Shown piece by piece: positions 58,101 through 64,000 of a stretch of DNA of 64,000 nucleotides (position 1 is its first letter; each line of letters starts with the position of its first letter). The notes beneath the pieces were generated by a model. The model had not been told where the DNA came from, did no database searches, and saw nothing but the letters and a program-made list of their open reading frames with translations. Position numbers and translations under genes: made by a program. Location of the stretch: the sequence record OR496884.1; one strand, written 5' to 3'.

Positions 58101-59522
58101 TTTATAGCTGTTAGCAGCATCTGTAAAGAACTCTTTTTCTTTTGTTGTCAATTGTCCACGTTTAGCACGTTTATCCAGGATACGTTCAATCGTTCCTGTA
58201 GGACTGTATTTTGTTTTCTTAACAGTAACAACAGCGTTCTCTACACTTGCTTGTTCAAAGACGTCGTCTTCGATGTCGGTATTAAAGAGTTCTTCAGGGG
58301 TTGTTTCGCCGAAATCGGGATCTTCATTTTCCGAAGCATCTCCGCCTCCCTCACTTTCGGGGGGTGGATTGTCCACATTAGAAGATCCCTTATTACCGGT
58401 GTAAAGGTCAGCCAAACTACCAGGACGATTATCAGTGTCCAGCTTGGGAGCATCTTTAATGTCTGTGTTAGATCCTCCTTTGCCATCTTCATGTTTATCC
58501 TTCCCTTTCGAGGTAACGGCCTCTCCTTCTGATGAAATGCTTTCCTTTTCGGTTTTTCCATTTTTGATTTCCTCTACCATTGGCGTCACAAGTCCTATTA
58601 ACGCCAGATAGAACCGTTTAAAATAAATGAACTTTGCATTAGACGGTGTTGTTTCCCCTTCCTTATCTCCAGCGCCAATCAAATTGATTAATGTTTGAAG
58701 ATTAACGACCCAACATTTACCGTCAAATGTAAAAACAAATTCTAATTGAGATTTGGCTTTTTCGGTTAATTTATTAAACTGAGAAAACTCAGCAAAGTCA
58801 TAACCAACCAAAATTCCAAATAAGTCTAATAGCCAAAAACTGCTCTCAGCTTGAAAAGGTTTTAGTGCTTCCTTTTCATACTTAACAATTTCGGCATCTT
58901 TAAAGAATTTACGATAACGTCTAAACGCATCAAATAAAGTTCGATAGCTCGGAAATGAGCGAGGAAGTTTAAATTCAACAAATTGATGAACGTCGTGTTG
59001 AGCAAATTGATTAACTGCAGTAATTAAATTATGAAGAACGTTATACTGTTGCTGGAAAGAACTAAAGAAAGTAAACTGTCGATAAACAACTGGAACTTGA
59101 GACATTGCCATGTTATTTACAAGTAGTTCATAATCTTTTCCAATGACAGTATGATAATTACGAGTCCGATAGTAATTAAAGTGTCCTGATTCATAGTCTT
59201 TAATTTTGGCATTAAAATTAAAAGGGACTTTTTTATGTGTCCCGAGTAATACTTCAAAATCCGGCCAGAAATAAATATTAACACGCTTATCAAAATTACT
59301 AATAAAAGCTGCTTGGTTACTTGGACCTACTTCATTAGGTAATTGTTGTTGATAATGAATCACAGCGTTACGAGGAAGCATGACGTCCCCGACGGAACTG
59401 TATTTAGGATTAATGATATCATTAACCCGTTCACGTGTTCCCCAAACTTTTAGGAATTGACTATATTGAAGAGCTTCATTCCCCTCAATACTAAGAAAAT
59501 CTAATAAAGCATTAGAAATCAT
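55176..59522 (-). CDS. virion RNA polymerase beta subunit (phiKZ gp178-like)
   Basis: 1448 aa; motifs GIISEAGKDSGKAG, IEDQFTFEDSI, KFVIGNQMKG of split beta subunits. Confidence 0.92.
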   Translation of the reverse strand: MISNALLDFLSIEGNEALQYSQFLKVWGTRERVNDIINPKYSSVGDVMLPRNAVIHYQQQLPNEVGPSNQAAFISNFDKRVNIYFWPDFEVLLGTHKKVPFNFNAKIKDYESGHFNYYRTRNYHTVIGKDYELLVNNMAMSQVPVVYRQFTFFSSFQQQYNVLHNLITAVNQFAQHDVHQFVEFKLPRSFPSYRTLFDAFRRYRKFFKDAEIVKYEKEALKPFQAESSFWLLDLFGILVGYDFAEFSQFNKLTEKAKSQLEFVFTFDGKCWVVNLQTLINLIGAGDKEGETTPSNAKFIYFKRFYLALIGLVTPMVEEIKNGKTEKESISSEGEAVTSKGKDKHEDGKGGSNTDIKDAPKLDTDNRPGSLADLYTGNKGSSNVDNPPPESEGGGDASENEDPDFGETTPEELFNTDIEDDVFEQASVENAVVTVKKTKYSPTGTIERILDKRAKRGQLTTKEKEFFTDAANSYKEIEFGGRTLEEIIDVKPEDLVFVPEKIAEDSVVISNKEVLQSRTSNLGIGYVERFLERDIIASILFGAQGGGIAILDMERESIITADSAYDVYTIKFQPIGEGNQSTRRFRIPKVAEDLSFTINGVKNYSQYVRMELPIRKIGKRKVNLSTYYDKRIMIERSPYRVDDFGGWLKTNIIQRSYLDKSIKVKLGSQEVIGKNVCWYYSVLAERFKEITIRDLVLNLDTRSILENHKEWKKLCNDKSWVVGEENGYPVLIDNSGLITVDGETKGFIEELIGLPMEKAPVPNTTVYINGYKFQSVVVLAYWMGFSELIKRVKPVHRFIEPGVRPNLSTNEYMVQFADERMVFDRRDELATLIFSGLIKLPAIKNFSRSQLDDPNVWFSIVNDSRVKPSHFKEMDQMFDQFIDPMHARELKKRKYPLELDNLVIKAIEMLLNNEAGHEVEITEQRIVGYERFAGHAYREMVKANRQFRNKPGGGKKTFDLNPESIMLAILTDSSCQPVEEVNPAHQIKQIEEVTFGGTFGRSDQAMVRRTRGQLPNYDGIISEAGKDSGKAGFVSYLTSDAKIVDYAGNVDPSLKTTSPGRLSVISNLVYGSTIDDSKRSLFSGVQFSQWMATESYQPSPLRTPYDSVIGYRNFELYTSVAKQNGTVKEVTDKGIVVEYEDGSEDTFFLGYEIGKGAGEYHKHFKVTDVSVGQTFGKGKVLAWDSVFYTRDTLDPNRVVLKSGTPSRIALIEDQFTFEDSIGITYDYAIKNSTPFIKINQFRVNYDQVLKLHVKEGDEVEYDQVLAEVKDQSSAMFDTDYNPMAGLERLGIKQEKAHQAGRIAKIEILYNGDYEDADDSVKHLIRKSDGERAKAAKYRKLYAPTCNVGGNTSVGKSKVYPNTVTVKIYIENMLVTTTADKFVIGNQMKGTVGFIYPTKIKTPDGRDVDITFSLKSLLNRMVLSLRDKLIANEINFVYTGRMITKYGRYD

Positions 59523-61147
59523 TGTGATAACCCATTGGTCAATGCCCGTAGTAAAAACTCATGTGGTTCTTGTACAGGACTGTAAAGAAAATCACCAGCG
59601 CCGGAAATATAGAAAATCCGTTTTCCGAACAAATCTTTAATTTCAGTTACTGAGTCTTCTGCCATAATACTGTTAGCTGATAACTGATCTCCATCAAAGT
59701 CACTTCCCGATAATTCAATACGTATATTGGCAATAGACATCCCGTCAAAATAACTTGCGTCTTTTGTATATCCGGGATAGAAATGAAATTGTGCTATTTC
59801 CGATCCATCAATATCGATAAAGGTTCGTTTGCTTGATGTTGCGTTAGTTGGTTTAATAAATACCTTAGAGGGAAATATAGAACCAATCCCTGTAATGGGA
59901 TAACGTGTAATTTGGAGCATCTTGTTATCTTCTATAGCCTTTACAACTTGCATATAGAAGAATTCCATGTACGTCACTGGTTTTATATATTTACGATCAA
60001 ATTTTTCATCGAGATCATTAATATCATGAAACAGTGCTACACGTTCCCCGTCATCGTAAACCAATCCAAGGTAATGACCGTGAATCTTAATTTCTTTATT
60101 ACGAAGATTAGGGTTGCTAAATCCATTACATAACGAAACTATACCATCGGCTGATGTGTATTTATCAACAGTGTATGGATCAACATCGACATAAACAGAT
60201 TCGAGTGTTTTAGGGTCAACTAATCTTGCCGAGGTAATACCTTGAGTAAATACGTTTGTTAAAAATCCATTTAACAACTCATGCTGAACAACAAGACTGA
60301 ATCCTAAGAGTGCTTGATATAACCCAATAATGGTAGAATTGGGGTCGCCAGTAATGTTGTCATCCATATTCTCCACGGAAACTTTTCTTGCAACAATAAC
60401 GTTACGAGTAGCGCCATGGATAGAACGACGAGCAACTTTACGCTGCATCATACCACGCTTACCTTCCTGGATCCCAAAGAAGTAATCGGCAATATTGTTT
60501 AATGCTTCTTGTTCACCCCATCTAATGTTATCGTAAACAGGATCTGTTGGATCAGGGTTTCTAATGTTAAGTGATTTAGAACGATAGAACAATTTACGAT
60601 AAAGATCGTTTACTTCATTTTCAGTGACAATACCCGTAGGACCTATATCAATATCACGAAGCCCGGCAGGGTAAACTGGAATTTTGGTATGAAGCGCTTT
60701 ATCAAAAAACTTTTTAGTGACAGTGATTTTCTGAGTCCGTTTAAATGAGTCATTAAAGCTTGGATCAAGTTCACCAAAATGAGACATAAAAAACGCGTAT
60801 CCAGTGTCGCCTTCTAAAGGGTTGGATTTTATGAAATCTTTGACTACCGGATCCCAGGTAGCAAATACCTTACCTTTTATGATTTCTCCGTAAATTCCTT
60901 TAAGAGAAATTAGCGCTTTAAAATACGTTGGATTAAAGACAGGTAAAACAGTATCGATGTATGATTCAGTATTATCACGTTCATCAGTACCGACTCTACC
61001 AAAGATTTTGGTTGAATAAAGACCTTCTTCATGAAGGTTAGTTGTTTGACCTTCAAACGAATCCCCGCTGGTTACCGGAATCATAGTCCGCCAGGGGAAT
61101 GTATTCGGATCAAGCAAAGTAAAGTTAGTTGGTTTACGACTACTCAT
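59519..61147 (-). CDS. virion RNA polymerase beta' N-terminal subunit (phiKZ gp180-like)
   Basis: Catalytic SDFDGD motif; EGLYSTKIFG, ITRYP. Confidence 0.93.
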   Translation of the reverse strand: MSSRKPTNFTLLDPNTFPWRTMIPVTSGDSFEGQTTNLHEEGLYSTKIFGRVGTDERDNTESYIDTVLPVFNPTYFKALISLKGIYGEIIKGKVFATWDPVVKDFIKSNPLEGDTGYAFFMSHFGELDPSFNDSFKRTQKITVTKKFFDKALHTKIPVYPAGLRDIDIGPTGIVTENEVNDLYRKLFYRSKSLNIRNPDPTDPVYDNIRWGEQEALNNIADYFFGIQEGKRGMMQRKVARRSIHGATRNVIVARKVSVENMDDNITGDPNSTIIGLYQALLGFSLVVQHELLNGFLTNVFTQGITSARLVDPKTLESVYVDVDPYTVDKYTSADGIVSLCNGFSNPNLRNKEIKIHGHYLGLVYDDGERVALFHDINDLDEKFDRKYIKPVTYMEFFYMQVVKAIEDNKMLQITRYPITGIGSIFPSKVFIKPTNATSSKRTFIDIDGSEIAQFHFYPGYTKDASYFDGMSIANIRIELSGSDFDGDQLSANSIMAEDSVTEIKDLFGKRIFYISGAGDFLYSPVQEPHEFLLRALTNGLSQ

Positions 61148-61175
61148 TGCTGATGATTCCTATAGAGAGGATGTA

Positions 61176-63998
61176 ATGGCTAAAAACGATTTTGATATGG
61201 ATTGGGACGATCCTTTTGGAGGTGAATTTGACCTCGATATGGATTTCGACATGGACCCATATGCAAAGAAAGGATTTTTGGGTGGAGTAACTTCAGGATT
61301 TTTATCAGGGGTTGTCGATGAGACTGTAGGATCTGGTCCTGCACGCATGCGTACATTAAGAACAATATTACCAAGTTCTTTTAGCAACGCCCTTGACCGT
61401 GTTAGTTACGCCGCCACTAAATATGAAGAACTGAAAACAGACTTTAAAGAACAAAATTATGAGTCAGTTAAATCGCTACAAAGCATTGCCCGAAGCATTG
61501 GCGAGAAGGCTCGTAACAAAGGTTTTGGTAAAACCGCTGATCAATTAGACAACTTTTCAGAGAAAGATTTTTCTAGTTGGGAAAAGTACGATTACAATTC
61601 TGGTCCTACTGTTCCAACCATGGAACAAACAGATGAGTACGATGTTTCCCGTTCTATAGAAGAATCCATGGACAGTCAAGAAGGAGTAATGTTCCGTCTT
61701 GGTGATTCATTAAATGAAATGTCGGCAACTGTTGGTGGGATGTTAAACGGAGCTATTGGAGCCGGTAACCGCCAACTTGTTTCAATTGATTCAGGTGTAA
61801 AACAATTAATTGATTTTCAGCGTAGCATCCAATTTAAAATGGATCAAGCTAAAGTCAACTTAATGGCAAAAAGTTATGTTGCGGATATCAAGTTTTATAA
61901 GTTCATGGAAAAAGGTATTCATACCGAAATAAGTGAACTAAAGAAAATTGTTATAAATAGCAACAAATCTGATTACGAAAAAACATCTCATTTAACTGCT
62001 TCTAAAGCATTTATGCGTAATCGACTGTTTAACACAGTCGGTAATCGTGTTGGAGGTCTCTCAGGGCTTCTTAGAGATCGTTTTGGAGCAGATGCTAGAA
62101 AAGGTACCTATGGAGATATAGAAGGGATCTTAGGTAGCTTTGCGGAAGTATTAGAGATGTCCGACGATATGCCAATTTCAAAAGGTATGTTGGGGAGTAT
62201 GGCTGGCAAGCACCTCGCTGGAGCTCTCATTAATAATGCACCGTATTATTTTGAACGAGGGGGTGGTAAAGAGTGGATTGACAAACTTGCCGAGAAAAAC
62301 CCAGAACAAGCAGAAGCATTTAAGGAACGTTATAGTCAAGTAACTAATGCCGGTAATAAAATTTCTTATATGGCTAACAATGCAACCGGGTTGTTTAATT
62401 ACATGGCTGAAGATTGGCAACCAATAGACGAGATGAAGTATCTTGACTATGAAGATTACTTAGATAATCTACCTGCTGATAAGAAACCAACACCAAGAGC
62501 ATTGTGGGAAATTCAAAACGCAGTTGGTAACCGAGCCAAGGCCGGTATTAACAACGTGATGGCTGAAATGACTAAGGCCAAAGGAACACAATACACTCTT
62601 GCAAGGCGTAATGTAAAAGATCTCAATCAACCAGGTATCTGGAAAGAGATGAACAACATTACACTTAATGAAGTGCTTCCTGGGTTATTAGGTCGAATCC
62701 ATCAAAGCGTGGAAGGTATCAGAACAGGCGAGATGGGAGAAGCCATTTCTTACTCTTACATGCGTGGGCAATACATGGAAGAAGGTGATCGCAAAACTGC
62801 TGTCGCTGCTGACTTGATGCCTTATTCTGATTTTTCACGTTATACTTCCGCTGCATTAGAATTTGTAGATTCAGTTGATCCTGATAAATTACTTTCAGCT
62901 AATGCAAGAAAAGCATTTGCGCTTCAAATAGCTAAAGACGTAGATAAGGAAAAAGGATTTAACCCTTTCTATTATCTTGGTGATATCCCAGGGATCACTG
63001 GTAGTGTTCAAAACGAAATACATACTGTTATCAAACGTCACTTTGATATTGATGATGACGGTGTGGAAGCCTTTAAACAGACAACTGGACTTGACCGTGT
63101 TAATTTCATGTCAACCATGAAAACTGACATTGCTCAAGAAAGATTAAATCAGGCTGGTGCAAGTGCACAAAACTTAAAGGAAATCTTTCCGAATGTAGCA
63201 GAACGGATTGACCTGTTAAGATCAACCGGGAATGAACAGTTACTCCGAGACATTGGTGTTATCTACACTGAAAACGGTGTTGACAAAGTGAACATGGACG
63301 TCTTCCATAATCGCTTTGCGCAATTTATGGATAACCCCAACGACCCTGCTTTAAGAGGGATGGGTAAAAACCAAACCTTTAAACAAAAAGGAAAGGATTT
63401 TACTGGAACTCCATTTACACCAAAACCTAACCCATATACCGAAGTTGAAAATAACAGTTCGGTTGGTATAACTGGTGAGTTAAACACTACCATGGCTAAG
63501 TTAATTGATACCATTAATAAAATGGATAAATCAATTACAACACCTAATGTTTCTGAACTTCCCAACTTGTCGGAATATGTAACACCATTAAGTAACCATT
63601 TAGATACAATTTCTTCCAATACTGGAAAGATGGAAAGCTTAATGGTAGAACTTCTTGATATTGTCAAAGCAGGTAAATTGTTTAGTCGTAAACAATCTGC
63701 AACTGAAGAGAAACAAGAAGAAAGTGCAAAATCTGGTTTCATGAATAAAATGAAGCAATTCTTGCCTACCAATATTTTTGGCAAAGGTTTGGATTTGGTT
63801 ATGAAAAACCAGCCAATTGTTTTGGGTTCAGTCCTTGGGGCAGTTGGAGCTAATTTTATTAATAACCCTATTTTAGCTGCTGGTGCTATTGCTGGAGGTG
63901 CTTTATTAGGTGCGGTAGTACAACGTTGGGAAAAACAAGATCGTCAAGCTACTGGTGATCAACCTTCTGATGATGAAGACATTTTAAATGAGAAAGGA
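61176..63998 (+). CDS. large tail protein (phiKZ gp181-like, tape-measure/lytic), 5' part only
   Basis: GAGG SD, ATG at 61176, acidic N-terminus MAKNDFDMDWDDPF; frame appears open to the window end; divergent from beta' as in phiKZ. Confidence 0.8.
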   Translation, partial: MAKNDFDMDWDDPFGGEFDLDMDFDMDPYAKKGFLGGVTSGFLSGVVDETVGSGPARMRTLRTILPSSFSNALDRVSYAATKYEELKTDFKEQNYESVKSLQSIARSIGEKARNKGFGKTADQLDNFSEKDFSSWEKYDYNSGPTVPTMEQTDEYDVSRSIEESMDSQEGVMFRLGDSLNEMSATVGGMLNGAIGAGNRQLVSIDSGVKQLIDFQRSIQFKMDQAKVNLMAKSYVADIKFYKFMEKGIHTEISELKKIVINSNKSDYEKTSHLTASKAFMRNRLFNTVGNRVGGLSGLLRDRFGADARKGTYGDIEGILGSFAEVLEMSDDMPISKGMLGSMAGKHLAGALINNAPYYFERGGGKEWIDKLAEKNPEQAEAFKERYSQVTNAGNKISYMANNATGLFNYMAEDWQPIDEMKYLDYEDYLDNLPADKKPTPRALWEIQNAVGNRAKAGINNVMAEMTKAKGTQYTLARRNVKDLNQPGIWKEMNNITLNEVLPGLLGRIHQSVEGIRTGEMGEAISYSYMRGQYMEEGDRKTAVAADLMPYSDFSRYTSAALEFVDSVDPDKLLSANARKAFALQIAKDVDKEKGFNPFYYLGDIPGITGSVQNEIHTVIKRHFDIDDDGVEAFKQTTGLDRVNFMSTMKTDIAQERLNQAGASAQNLKEIFPNVAERIDLLRSTGNEQLLRDIGVIYTENGVDKVNMDVFHNRFAQFMDNPNDPALRGMGKNQTFKQKGKDFTGTPFTPKPNPYTEVENNSSVGITGELNTTMAKLIDTINKMDKSITTPNVSELPNLSEYVTPLSNHLDTISSNTGKMESLMVELLDIVKAGKLFSRKQSATEEKQEESAKSGFMNKMKQFLPTNIFGKGLDLVMKNQPIVLGSVLGAVGANFINNPILAAGAIAGGALLGAVVQRWEKQDRQATGDQPSDDEDILNEKG

Positions 63999-64000
63999 GA

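Noticed and set aside
55176-61147. Introns or inteins in the RNAP subunits
   Set aside because: Both frames are continuous with expected sizes and no splicing motifs; the acidic low-complexity stretch near 58.2-58.6 kb looks like a variable linker
63263-63784. 173-aa minus-strand ORF
   Set aside because: Antisense to the gp181-like gene, which the track omits because it has no stop in the window

Overview
This window is part of a low-GC phiKZ/EL-like jumbo myophage genome; the host cannot be determined from the sequence. 1-23.8 kb is a minus-strand block of mostly small orphan genes. It includes a PhuZ tubulin, an HD-domain protein and a SAM methyltransferase, and is punctuated by long perfect-stem terminators and a recurring promoter-like motif. 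23.9-25.85 kb is a ~2 kb non-coding, plus-strand locus with three tRNAs (Leu-TAA, Asn-GTT, Asp-GTC), one tRNA-like element and a dense series of stem-loops. The G-U wobbles in those stems consistently favour the plus strand, and several single-stranded linkers read as antisense to Shine-Dalgarno + ATG regions. This locus is the best candidate for an undescribed system: an antisense-guide or large structured ncRNA array. 25.9-64 kb holds conserved virion and morphogenesis genes: dTMP kinase, a tailspike-like beta-helix protein, large terminase with a class-3 (WCT) LAGLIDADG intein, tail sheath and tube, prohead protease, an EL188-like endolysin, virion RNA polymerase beta and beta' subunits, and the start of the gp181-like tail protein. 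An accessory cluster of exported proteins lies at 44.4-47.9 kb. Product calls come from motif recognition and synteny recalled from phiKZ/EL; no database search was run.
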